Assembly: GCA_022813965.1 (NCBI GenBank)
Contig: JALDZS010000049.1
Location: forward strand, 1 to 64,000
Direction of reading: 5' to 3'
DNA from: Toensbergia leucococca
Taxonomy: Eukaryota
DNA: 64,000 nucleotides
This document shows positions 51,262-63,566 of this stretch, piece after piece; position 1 is the first letter of the stretch; the number at the start of each line of letters is the position of its first letter. Under the pieces are notes generated by a model that saw nothing but the letters and a program-made list of their open reading frames with translations, was not told the origin of the DNA and searched no databases. Both the position numbers and the translations under genes were made by a program.

Positions 51262-52610
51262 ATGGTCTATCCTTTCCCACGCTCTCCCATTACTGCTCAA
51301 ACTCCTCATCATCTCCTTGGTATTGAAAACTCTCGTGATGCACCGTGCCGCAAAGACAAACCTTTGGTGGCATACAAACGTACTGCAGTCATCGTGGTAA
51401 TTATCACTCTTGTACTTCTCTGGATGATCAGTCCATTTTCCACATCTTCGAACCAGAATGACAGAATCCCTCTCTCTCACGATGCAATTGAGGAGTGGGT
51501 ATCGACACCGGTGCTCAAGTATCTCGGCTGATCACGCTGTTACAGCTATTTTACCCATTTCGAAGGGCACCAAGACTGCGGTATTACCTCAAAAGACCTG
51601 TACATTCCACCAGCCACCGTAGAAGCAGACGACCATCGGGTACATCCTTACTGCAAGAACCGTGCGACTCTCCTCGAAGCAATGAGTGGAGGCGGACGTC
51701 ACGGCTTTGAGGCACCTTTCTACCCTGCAGGCTGTCACTATCGCTGGTACTCCACCACAGAGATTTGTATGATACTTGAGCGTTTCGATGCACTCGTCTT
51801 CATCGGCGATGGGATGCTTCAGCATATATACGCCGCCTTTAATATGCTTCTCCGGGAAAATATTGCTATGGGAAGCCTCAAACAATGGGAGATGAAAGAG
51901 AGCGAACGAGTTGCATGCAGATGTGACAATCAGATAATTAGATTCGACTGCTTCAATTATGCGGCGAAATCTAGTCAAGTGGTGGCGAACAATGACGGTG
52001 GAAGTGGCCATAAAAGCCCATACTACTGTGATCGTGGGTGCTCTATCAGCCGTTGAGGCCGCTCTCTGAGATTTATAGGCATACCTCACGTTTTCCTATC
52101 AATCGGTGGCTCTCCGGCGCCGGAAACTCTCCACGCAGAATTCAGCGCCATCCTGTCCAAAGACTCCGGATTATACAAGCCAGTACCTGTGATACATTCA
52201 CTTTCTGTAGCAACTTCTCTCTCATGGCCAATGGCAACGGCATCCATGGATGAATGGATCGGGTTAGCAGATGCTTCGATGAGGAAAAGTCCTTTTCTTT
52301 GGATAGGCCCTAACGCTGCCGGACACCTCAAACCACCTGGTCAGATTTTAAGTCAAGGGAACAACGCACTTTGGCACTACACTGTGGAGATGGCGAAGGA
52401 GGCAAAGTCCAGAGACGTAGATGCGCTGGGCATGTACAATCTTACACTGCAGGCAGCGAGCTGGGATGGGAGTAGCTATGGACAGAGGGTAGCGCTTGTG
52501 CAAGCTATGATGGTAAGCATTACGATGGACTGTATGTACACTTGACGAATCTAGGCTAATTAGGTCTTTGCTAGGTCATCAATTGGCTTTCTAGACTGGA
52601 AACCTCCTGA
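51262..52610 (+). CDS. Type II membrane protein with an SGNH/PC-esterase-like luminal domain; introns at about 51495-51545, 52036-52078 and 52513-52574
   Basis: N-terminal TM anchor, Cys-rich CHYRWYSTTEIC, a block I-like FIGDG, and a C-terminal DGSSYG...AMMVINWL. Confidence 0.7.
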
Positions 52611-53025
52611 ACTATACGGAAGAATTCTCGGGGTGTCTAGATGCGTCGAAGTAGACATGTTTTATAGCTCTGCACAAGTAATCAATAGAATCTAGCAGGT
52701 AGGCTTAAGTGATCCCCACAGCAGTCGCGATTACTCCTGCAAATAACTATTTCTCATCATGCATCAACAACCCAACAACCCCCTTCATAAATGATTCAGA
52801 CCGGGATACGTCTAGTTGCACTGATGCAACGATGTACATCAAGATGTTTTGCGAATGGTATTGGCAAATCAGGTACAAGAATCATCCACATGTTGTCATC
52901 CATATATTGTCATCCATGAAATTGGCACCACCCCTTCAACACCTCACAAGCGCTTCTTGATATGGAATGACCTGCTTTCTCTCTACCTTTTAAGCCTTCT
53001 TTCTAAGTTACCCTGTGTATACTTT

Positions 53026-53592
53026 ACTCTAGTTGTCCCCGGAACGAACCATGTTCGTCTCTTCCAATGGTCGCCTCATGGGTTGGGGTAATACTACTTC
53101 GAAGAAGATTGCATTGGTGAGGTTGCACATCATGAGGAGGTCATAGAATTGAAAGCTCACGCTGTTCATCGTGATGGGCGACACTTGCTCTCTCTTAGTG
53201 TTGAAGGCGAGAGAAATCATTGCTGCGATACTCACACCCCTTGGAACGTATGTGGGCGTCGAAGAGTTCAGCTGGGATTATTTAGGAAAGGAGGCCGCGG
53301 TCTGCACTGAACGAAAAGTTGTACATCCAGGCAGGTCACAATAATGAGTCCCAGGTAGGGACGTTGCAAGCAATATCGCTGCAAAATTATAAAAGTCACC
53401 ATGTTACCTAGGTTTACAAGGAAAAGGAGCTGCTTGGAGCGATCTGTAAGTAACGAGGCTACAACTCAGGCGACTTACCCAGCGACAGCCAGACCGGCCG
53501 ATGAGTAAGATAGGTGCAGAGCCCCCCGGTGCGATCAAGTCAACTATGTGATTCACACTGAATCTACGCCATATAGAAAAGAGATCCTTCAA
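53026..53592 (-). pseudogene. Possible highly eroded fragment of an MFS (Dal5/allantoate-type) transporter
   Basis: Weak colinear fragments (ILLATSLPGTHY, PTYVPRGVSIAAMISLAF, IGRDEHGSFRGQL) with no intact ORF. Confidence 0.25.
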
Positions 53593-54197
53593 GGAACTTT
53601 CCGACTCATCGACGGGGGCGGAACCTGTTCCACTCGACTAGACGGCTTCCGATGGAAAAAAAGAAACGAATCGATTCAAGCCCCACTCTCCCTCACCAGT
53701 GGTATCTCTCGACCAAAAAAAAAAGAGGGCAAAAACAAACCTTCAGCATCGATGTTTGGCAAGCGGAAGCTAAAGAGATTGTCATGAACAAAACCTTTCT
53801 TGTTAGTATACGCATAAGGTATGCCGCACAAGGGACACATGGTACTTCGCTTCCAGCTACATCCATCCTATCATACACTTTTGTGTTTGCTCCCAGCTTC
53901 GTATCGCCGGCAAAGAAATCAAGGGAGAAAATGAAACAGGTACGATTGGTATCTTTGAACGCGATTCAAAACGCCGCAAAAATGCCCGAGATGCTGTCCA
54001 CCTTTTCCACATGCAGTCCCCCAACCCTCCCTCCGCGCCCAAGTAGCCATGAAAGAGCACAAGCCAGTGAACCTACCCAATGCAGTTGGCGAGAAGATCC
54101 AATCGGATCAGCAGATGTTGAGACACACAGATGCGAGAAATGGGCGGAGAATGTTGCGGCCGCCGCAGATGTGTTTTTGAAAGGGACCCTCATTTCG

Positions 54198-56281
54198 TTA
54201 TCGTCGGAAATTGATTATGGCAATCTTTTAGTTCTGTTAGTCCGCCTTTCTCTGTCACCGTACAACTCCCTCTTTGCTTCATTACGTACTTGACTTCCCA
54301 GCCCATAAGCCAACTTCCCCCCATCAGCATCCCAGCTCAGCGAATGCGTAGGGCTCTCCTCTTCCCCAGTTCCACTATCTTGATCCATACCGTTCGTGGT
54401 ACCATCCCACTTCCCCAATTCACCCCTCCAGCTCGCTCTTGGTACCCCTCCCGCCTCAGCGTTCCATATTAGCACCCTATTCCAATGTGCCGCCGCCACG
54501 AGGTAACCATCAGGAGTAAAGCTCATGGCCATGGCTGGCGTCGAGCGGCCGAGGCTAAGAACATGGACCGTTGTGAAGGGGTTCTTGACATCCCAGATTC
54601 GAATGTTACCATCCAGGGAGGACGTTGCTAGAAGACGGGGTGAAAGTGCTGTATGAGAGGAAGGGCTTGAGATGGGTTGATAGGCAAGAGCGGTGATTTG
54701 AGCATCATGAGCAGTAGTGATACTGAAAGTTCCAGAGGAGTCGATTATTGCTAGGACGGCCAACTCTTCTGCTGCAATGGCCGTTGTGTTGGTGGTCGAG
54801 TCATAGCAGATGTGAGTCCATTTCTGGTCGATAGCATCAGTCAACTCATTCCGAGTTTGAAGATTAGTAATAGCTTGGCCGTCAATCTCAAAGTCGGCAA
54901 TGATGCCATGTCCACATATGGTGAAATTTCGATCATCAGACCATGCTGCATCTGTTATGATGTTTTCCAGGTCATACGACTGCAGGGATATGCCGGTGCC
55001 GGTGTTCCAGACAGCCAGAGCACTTCGCTCACCTCCCGAAGAAGTGATACCCAGTAAATGCGAGCCCGAGGGACTCCATCGTAGAACCAGAAGCATATCT
55101 GGTGCTGCGGGAAGGTCGTCTCTCAGTTCTCCGGCCTTGGTGCGTAGGGTTACGGCACCAACATAATCGGTGGCATGACTCCGGGTTGCCACGGCCAGAA
55201 TGTCGCCGTCAGGGCTCCATGCCAAGGTAGTCACCAGCGACAGGTCTTCGGGGTCGAGGAGATCGACGTGCTGAGGACAGTCGGAATTAGGCGAGATCTT
55301 GAAATTCCAATTCCAGATGCGGCATAGGGCGTCGCCTCCGGTGACCAAGATTGCAGGATCTCGTGGATTCCAGGCGGTGTGCATGACGTTTCGGTCGGGA
55401 ACACTCAAAAGGGTCGTCTCAGGGCCAAGTTCGGCAACCTTGTCGCTTTGCACACCAACGCTACTCCCATTCGTCAAAGTCAGGGTCAGGTTCGCTTCAT
55501 CATTACCTCTAAGCACCTCGACCTCCATGCCGCCCGCTTCCCCTGCGGCTTGTGCTGGCGAGTCGTTTGCCGGAATCGGAATCGGAACACAGCCACTTTG
55601 CTCTATCGACGAGTCCAATTCCATGCAGTCGCCGTTGCCATTAGTACTCGTCGTCGCTTCGATGCCATTGCTTCGCCGGCTCCGTTTCGCTGTTGGTTCG
55701 CAATTCAAATGATCCACGGGTATCCCGTTTGACGTAGTTTCCCGCGCATGCTTTCGCGGGCGCGGAGATGATCGCGATGTGCTTGGCGCTTCATCTTCAT
55801 CCATATTATTCTCGTCTGCTGATGCTGCTCGTCCAGGATCCGAGCCAAAAAAGAACATGGATGGCGATGTTTGATTACCATTCTGGTCAACGGCGTGTGT
55901 AAGGTAAAGCGCAGCTTACTTATCCACAACATGCGACGTACCTGGATTAGAGATTGTTCGATCTCGTGATACTGTAGACCTTTCTGTACCAAGGACACTA
56001 GAGCATGAGTTTTAATGTGCTGGGCAAAAGGCAGCGACTGAGGATCTGCAATCCAGTCACGCTGAAGTTTAACGGCTGCCTCGCCATGGCCTGTGCATGG
56101 TCAATCATCACACATGCATGCTGGTCGTGGTAAACCTACCCGATTCTTGAAGATATCTTCGGCCAGGTATCAGGATTAGCGGGAAAAAAGGTAAAAGGGT
56201 TCGGTGGGACGGGAACGATGGATCCACATACCTCCAGATCAAGTAATTCACATGATTCGAAGTGAGCGATGCGGCGGACAT
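54198..56281 (-). CDS. SIF2: LisH + WD40 protein, Sif2/TBL1 family (Set3C HDAC complex subunit); multi-exon
   Basis: LTSNHVNYLIWR-YLQES-GH LisH motif, ALVSLVQKGLQY, and WD40 repeats (AWNP, LAWSPDG, DGNIRIWD). Confidence 0.85.
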
Positions 56282-56902
56282 GGTGAGTGTGATGCCTGGT
56301 GAGGTGAAGCAAGGCAAGTCGGAAGTGTGGAGGGAAGAGAAGAACTAGTGTGTCTAATCATGTGGGCTGGCTGGCATTGGTGGCATTGACATTCGAGAAG
56401 GCGTCCAAAACCAAGACTGGGGGCTGCTAGTGCCCGAAATGTGCGATGGGATGCGCGCCAGCTTGCCTTGCCTTACCTTACCTTACCTTTTAGCCTACCG
56501 GCTTAGGCTCAGGGCGAACGACCACACCCTATCATCTATCATCTAGCTAGAGGTATGCTGTGGGCGAGATAGGCCAAGTCGGCGGCGGGTAAAGTTCCGA
56601 GTTGAAGAAGCACGATGACTGATGACTACCGAGGCCTCGTACCTTGTTTGATATGGAAGGATCTTCAGGGCATCAGATGCGCATGAGGCATGCAACGTGT
56701 ATGTGTTCGTTCGCAGACCTAAATCGAGACTCTGACAGGCTCTACCCATGTGCATGCCTTCTAGCGCCCGCCTAAACCCACTTTTGCCCGTCTCCCGTCT
56801 CCACCCCTTCCCAAAAAGTGGCATTTTATCCGAACTGTATGACTGTATCCCCCGTACTCCGTACTGAGTAGTAGAATACCATCTTTCGTCGTCGTCGCAA
56901 TC

Positions 56903-58059
56903 ATGGCATTAACCTTCAACATCCCCCCTTTGACTCGCATCCTCCTCATTCTACTCCTGGTCGTCTCTCTCGTCTATCAGGCCCTACGTTATACGTCGCT
57001 GATATCTGTTCCTCCGGATATTCAATTAGGCCATGCCGCCAACCATACCGGCGCATGGCTGGCTTTGATCCCACAACTCGTCGTATTCTATCCTTGGGTT
57101 TACATCACCTCCACATTTGCTGAGCAGAACATCTTTACCTTGCTCGTTGCTACTGCGACCATTCTGTATGGCGGGAAGTACCTCGAAAGAGCCTGGGGTT
57201 CTGCAGAGTTTGGGAAGTTCCTAATCTTGGTCGTCTTGATACCCAACTTGGCCGCTTCTTTGATTTACATTCTATGGTTCGCCATCACTCGTGACGTTGA
57301 CCGGAGGTAAGTCGAATCCCCCGCCGTGGCCTCTAGCACGACTTCGAGACCTGACTGAACCATAGCTGGACCATCATACAAGGCTCCGTCTCTCTCCAGG
57401 CAGCCTTCCTCGTGGCCTTCAAACAATTAGTGCCCGAGCATACTGTCACAATCCTCAAGGGTGTGATCAAGATCCGAGTTAAACACTTCCTGGCTATTTT
57501 TCTTACTGCGAACACCATCTCCGGATTTGCCTTTGGAACCGACACAGCACTTGTGCTGGCTTGGCTAGGCTTCATGACAAGTTGGACTTATCTTCGGTTC
57601 TACAAAAGACAGCCTGATCTTTCGGGTACAAACACCGGAGGCAGTGTATTAAGGGGTGATGCTTCTGAGACGTTTGCTTTTGCCTACTTTTGGCCCGATG
57701 CCGTTCATCCCCCGATCGCCGCCGCAGCAAATATGATCTACAATGTCTTTGTAGCTTTGCGCATATGTACACCATTCTCCGCCGAGGAGGTGGAGTCGAG
57801 CAATGAGCAAGCTACGGCTAGGGTCGACGGTGGTCTGCCAAGCCTGTTAAATCAAGAGACTAGACGAGGGAGCGGGAAGAGAGAGGAAGCAGAGAGACGG
57901 AGAGCGTTGGCGTTGAAGGCACTGGATCAGCGATTGCACGCCGCGACAGCAAACCGGCAACAATCAGCTCCAGCGTCAGACCCGAGCGTGGGAGCTACAT
58001 CTTATAACGTGGGAGGAGGATCTGATCTGCGAGGTGCTCAGATCCAGGAGGCAGGCTAA
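56903..58059 (+). CDS. TMEM115-like rhomboid-superfamily Golgi membrane protein (DUF1751); intron about 57307-57365
   Basis: GGKYLERAWGSAEFGKF, AFKQLVPEHTV, SWTYLRFYK, RGDASETFAFAYF and EAERRRALALKALDQRL. Confidence 0.88.
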
Positions 58060-58574
58060 TTGTGTGGCACTGCACTGTGACCAAGTGTGGCGAGACGAGC
58101 GATTTCTGCATTTTTGGAGTTCAGTATGTCTTGAGAATATACCCATATATGTAGTATCTTGCATCGTGTTTTGTCAACGCGTACCTCAATCGAGAGGTCC
58201 ACGTCGTCTGTTGTAAAGCAGCTTAATCACGTCTCACGCCTAATCTTTGATGACAATGCCGCTCGAATTACTAAATATGATTACGGAGCTCGGTATACGA
58301 TGATAGGCAAAAGCAGAACTAACGATGCGGCTCAAAGGATAGTGAAAATGGCGATGAAAGCGAGGCTGTTTGATAAAGCAGCCTCAGTATCTCATCTTCA
58401 TCCTCAACCTCAACCTTAACCCTCGCTCCATCATTTGATACTGTATTCGCTTACCGAATAGGGCTGAAGCTAGCGTCGCCAGCTATCGATAAGAAATACA
58501 CAAATTTCATAAATCGAAATTTCTGCTGTTCTTCAACCATGCTTTTTCTGTAGACACTGCCAGAGGAAGTCTCC

Positions 58575-61500
58575 ATGTCTCTGGTAGAAAAGTTAGACAA
58601 GATCAGGTCACCCAAGCTACAAAATCAAAGAGAGGTACATTCTCCAATTCTATAATCATGCAGTGCTAAAAGTGGGTAGACAGCTGTGGTTTTGTCGGCA
58701 GTCGAGGATACTTTGCAGGACCAGAGCTATGGCTCTTCGCCAATTGCATACCTCGTTGCCCTTCTTGCACTGCTCAGCCAATCCATATCGCCCTCAAATG
58801 GTCTCGTGAACAAGGAGCTGGCGACTTCGGTCGTCTACCTGCTTGACCTTGTGACTCCATATGTCCCAGTGCCTCTCCTCCGCTCCAAATTCACCCAAAT
58901 ACTCACAAACCTCGCGCCTGCTTTAAGTCACCATGATGCTGAGGCTCCTCTTCTCCGCTCTGCCATTGGATGCCTGGAATCGCTCTTAGTTGCTCAAGAC
59001 TCAGCTGCTTGGGCCTTGCCGCAGACTCAGATTGGTCCGCGAAAGGCAATCGCAGGCGTTTTGATGCTTGCGAGCGATCACAGGCCAAAGGTACGAAAAC
59101 GAGTCCAAGAAGCCATTACGCACATTCTGAAAAACCCCCCCCCGAGTCCTTCCTTGGATCATCCTGTTGCAGATATGTGCGCTGAAACAGCCCTTCGCAA
59201 CCTGAGCGAGATTGGCAGAACGAGTATTAAGAATAAGAAAAACAAGCTACACGGACATGAGATACAACACCAGCCGGTTTTAATGCATGCTTTACAACTT
59301 GTCAAGACAATTGCGTCGGCTTCACGGGGTTGGCCAAGTAAAAAGATTGAGCCATTGTGTGAAGTTCTGATGAGTATCTCAAAATCGAACAACGAATACC
59401 TTGCTATGGCTACTTTTGAAGTCTTCGAGATCATCTTTGCTGGAATGGCAGATGAAGTTTCGTCTTCAAAACTCCCCCGGCTGATGGAAGTCATCTCGGA
59501 GCTCCGCCCGTCGCAAAACGATTCTCAACTCTTGCCGCCTTGGATCGCTATCATATCAAGAGGCTATGATGTCTCGGCGCAGATCGATCCGGACGGGACA
59601 TTTCAAAAACTCCCAGAGCTCTTTGTCATGATTTCTGGCTATCTTGCCTCATCGTCCCATAATATTCGAGTATCTGCGTCAGAATGCCTTATATCTTTTA
59701 CTGTCAACTGCATACCTGATAATGTCATTCTTGAGCCTTCAGTATTCGATGAGAAGGTGCTTGAAAAATTAGGGAATCTAGCCACAGATCTACTCAGCGT
59801 AAAATATCAGGCTGCGTGGATGGAAGTCTTTAGTGTACTATCTGCACTCTTTGAGTCTCTTAGATGGAGAGCAGTATCCCTGCTTGAAGACGTCGTCAAA
59901 ACTGTAGGTGAACTTCGAGGCAATGACTCCTTCAATGGCAAGAAAGAGGCCGATGCGGTTCTTAGTAGAGCTATTGCGGTCATGGGACCAGGAGCTGTAC
60001 TTGAGGTCCTACCGCTCAACCTGGCGAAACCCAGAGCTGGCGAACCAGGCAGAGCTTGGATTTTACCAGTCTTGCGAGACAATGTCAAGAATACAAACCT
60101 CGCACATTTCAGGTCAGAATTTGTACCACTCAGCGAAGCAATGTTTCAAAAGGTTATCGACAATGGAAGTCCTGAGAAGACTATGGAGATTAAAATATTC
60201 GAGACCCTCGTGCAACAGATTTGGGCGGTCTTCCCGGGATACTGCAATCTACCCATTGATTTGGTTCCAGCTTTCGACCAAAGCTTCGCCGAGTTGATAG
60301 CCAATTTACTCTACAGGCAGACGCAACTGCGAGCGGATCTATGTAAAGCCCTTCAGAAACTTGTAGAGTCAAATAAAGAAGTTCTTGCTGCCGAAACCAC
60401 CGAGAACGTTTTGGCACTTGAACGAGTAACCAAAGCCGACGCACAGAGAAACCTTGACCATCTCTCGTCCTTCGCTGGTAATTTACTGGCCGTTCTTTTC
60501 AATGTATACAGTCAGACTCTCCCACAGCACAGGGGGTATATACTCCAGTGTATCAATGCCTATCTAAGTATCACTCCAGAAAAGGTACACTGGCGGAGAA
60601 TTCAGACTGAGGTCGATCTACTGCTAACAGCCGCTTAGGAAGTGCTGGAGACGTTCGCGCGGGTGACAACACTGCTCGAAGCCGCTCTTACTGAGACAAC
60701 GTCGCAAACCCAGGTCGATAAACAGAAGCAGACTTCCACGGAGAAAATGCCACCCACTAGCCATACTCTTATGGATCTAATAATCACTCTTTCAATCCAT
60801 CTTCCTCGGCCCACATTCCCCACTCTCTTCTCTCTCGCTGCACTCATTCTTCCCCAGACTGCCGATTCGCAGCTCCAGAAAAAGGCCTACAAATTACTCC
60901 CTCGCCTTGCAACCTCCGAGATTGGCGTTCTCGCTCTCCAAGAACGTAACACAGAACTCCAGGCTCTGCTTCTGAATTCTGCCTCTACCGCTTCTGCTCC
61001 TTCGCGCCGTGACCGCCTCGCCGCTATCGCCGTAGTAATCGAGCATCTTCCTACTGATAGCCTTCATTTCATACCCTCCATACTTTCTGAGGTCGTCATC
61101 TCCGCAAAGGAGCCTAATGAAAAAGCCCGTACTGCTGCCTTCGACCTTCTTGTTCTCATGGGCCGAAAAATGCGACTTGGAGGGACTATAATCCAGTCCA
61201 AGATCCCACACATGCCTGCCGATGCTCCCCTAGCGGTAGCTAGCCTCGAAGAATTCTTCACGATGATATCTGCCGGTCTTGCCGGCTCCACACCGCACAT
61301 GATCTCGGCAAGTATCACAGCTCTCACGCGAATTCTTTACGAGTTCCACTCGCAACTTTCCGAGACTGTCATTGAGGACTTAGTATCAACAATGGATTTG
61401 TTTCTTACGTCTAATAATCGGGAGATTGTAGGAAGCGTGCTAGGCTTCGTCAAAGTAACAATCATTAGTCTTCCCGAAGTGGTCGTAAAGCCGAGACTCG

Positions 61501-62429
61501 AGACTCTAGTTCCCGGTCTTATGGGTTGGAGCGGAGAGCACAAGGCCCATTTCCGATCAAAAGTGAAGCACATCTTCGAGCGCATGATCCGGCGATTCGG
61601 CTTCGATATCACGGACAAATACTGCCCGGAGCAGGACAAGAAACTTATACAAAACATCCACAAGACTCGGGAGCGACGCAAGCGGAAGAAGAATGCTGGT
61701 GGTGACGAGGAGGATGATGATCGTGGCGCTACGGTGCAAAAGAGGAAAGGCAGGTTCGAGAGCGAGTATGATGAGGCTATTTACGGCAGCAACGAGGACG
61801 ATGGAAGCGATGCCGCGGGCGCATCGGATGAAAGCGACGCGGATGTTCCTCGCCGCAAGACCGGTGGCGGAAAGACATTTATTGTCGAAGATGAAGACGA
61901 GCCTTTGGATCTTCTGGACCGCAGAGCGCTAGGCAACATCTCGTCCACGAAGCCGGTGAAGATGAAATCACGAGTTGGAAACGGGAGAATGAAGTCCAGG
62001 ACGGATTTGGATGGCAGGTTGGTGTTTGGTGGAGACGACGACGACGACGATGATACGATGATGATGGATTTTGGGGCTGAGGGAAGGGAGCCGGGAGATA
62101 GGACGCTGGAAGGGGGAGTGGGGGCTTATGTGGATGCTATACGTGGGAGGGATGCTGTGCAGCGAGGGCGGGGGGGCAGGTTGAAGTTTGGGAATCAAAG
62201 AGGACGGGAGGAGATGGAGGTTGATGACGAGGATGAGGGGGAGAAGAAGGTGGAAAGGAAGATGGAAAAAAGGTGGAGGGGAGGCAGTGGGAATGGAAGT
62301 GGGGGTGCGAGGGGAGGGAGAGATAGGGGCCGTGGGGAAAAGAGTCGGAGGAGGGGGTTGGGAGTTGGAAAAACTAGAGGAGGAAGGGTGGGGAAGAGCG
62401 TTGGAAGGGGGAGGGGCGACAGAAGGTGA
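58575..62429 (+). CDS. RRP12: Ribosome biogenesis HEAT-repeat protein Rrp12 (NUC173); introns at about 58635-58679 and about 60585-60638
   Basis: KLDKIRSPKLQNQ, DHRPKVRKR, GRAWILPVLRD, QKKAYK, GLAGSTPHMISA, EPLDLLD, and an RGG-rich tail. Confidence 0.93.
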
Positions 62430-62722
62430 TGGGTTGAAAGCGATTCTGGGGGTTGTTGCTCGTATCACTGATGACCATAAGTGTATGTTTGGATGAGCTC
62501 TATGACCATATCTACGGTGAACATAAAGATATTTCTACAGCCCCCCACAAAACGTCAATACCGAACCTTTCCACAACCTCTCCAAACCCCAACCATTTCA
62601 TCCGCACAATTCCTCCGCACTACTCACTCCTCTTCTATCAAGATTTTTACCAAAAAAACACCTAACTCACCCCTCATCCCCTCCTTCTCTCAAACACTTT
62701 AAATCAATTACTATACAACGGT

Positions 62723-62774
62723 GGTCAGCAGCCAGTGGTCGGCAGCCAGGGGTCGGCAGCCAGGGGTCAGCAGC
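62723..62774. repeat. 14-bp minisatellite, about 3.7 copies
   Basis: GGTCAGCAGCCAGT GGTCGGCAGCCAGG GGTCGGCAGCCAGG GGTCAGCAGC. Confidence 0.85.
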
Positions 62775-63566
62775 TAAAAGTCAAGACCCAAGAGAGACGG
62801 AACACACGAAACGACGTTTATTTCAAAGAGCTTCATATGTTTCAACGGGGATGGTAGTAGCAATCTACAGAAACGTCCAAGGAAGCGCACCATTTTGCCA
62901 ATTTAAATTTGCTATAGAGTAAGCGATGATGTGATGGGGTGGTTTGTATGCCCAGAAGAGAACTTTGACGGAGGTATCCGTATACGTACAGGAAAATCTG
63001 ACCCGTATGGATATACAATCTCTGTTCGTTCAAAGAAAACGGCTACTACTCTCTCCATCCACTCATCCTCTCTCCCCAAGCAAATCTACCCCGAACTCCT
63101 CCCTCCCCAGCAAAAATCTCTCAAACTTGCAATCTAAGCCCTTCTCGGTCCCCTAGCCCCTTTGATGCCTCATCGACAACGCTCCGGATCAACTGCTGCG
63201 ACATTGTGGTCTCCGATGCTCAGAGCCGAGTGCTCCGGAGGAGTGTTTTGGGGAGAGAAGTGCGGTTGCTTTTGGGCTTGGACGATGGGCGGTCATGCGG
63301 AGCACCTGGGAGGAGTGTGGTGGGGATGTGGTGTTCTTCATGTCGGACAAAGGCCGGTCTGCCTCTTCCCGGTGACTCCGAGTGCCAAGAGAAACTATCA
63401 CTCGAAAGGTCGGAAAGTCTCTCGCACTGTTCGTATCCACGGCGTACATTTGCTTCCAACCAACCCAACGAGTCTCTGGCACCGAAGTATATGGAGAGTG
63501 ATCCAATCGACCCAATCTCAAATGGCCCGGTACCTCTGAAGAAAGAGGTAGAAGAAGAAGCCTTCC

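Noticed and set aside
53652..54293. 213-aa plus-strand ORF
   Set aside because: It overlaps the SIF2 3' end and UTR in antisense and has no motifs.
56462..56489. CTTGC/CTTAC pentamer run in the SIF2/TMEM115 divergent promoter
   Set aside because: It is a short simple repeat with no evidence of function.
62723..62774. Tandem repeat considered as CRISPR-like
   Set aside because: It has no spacers and sits in a eukaryotic context. It is an ordinary minisatellite.
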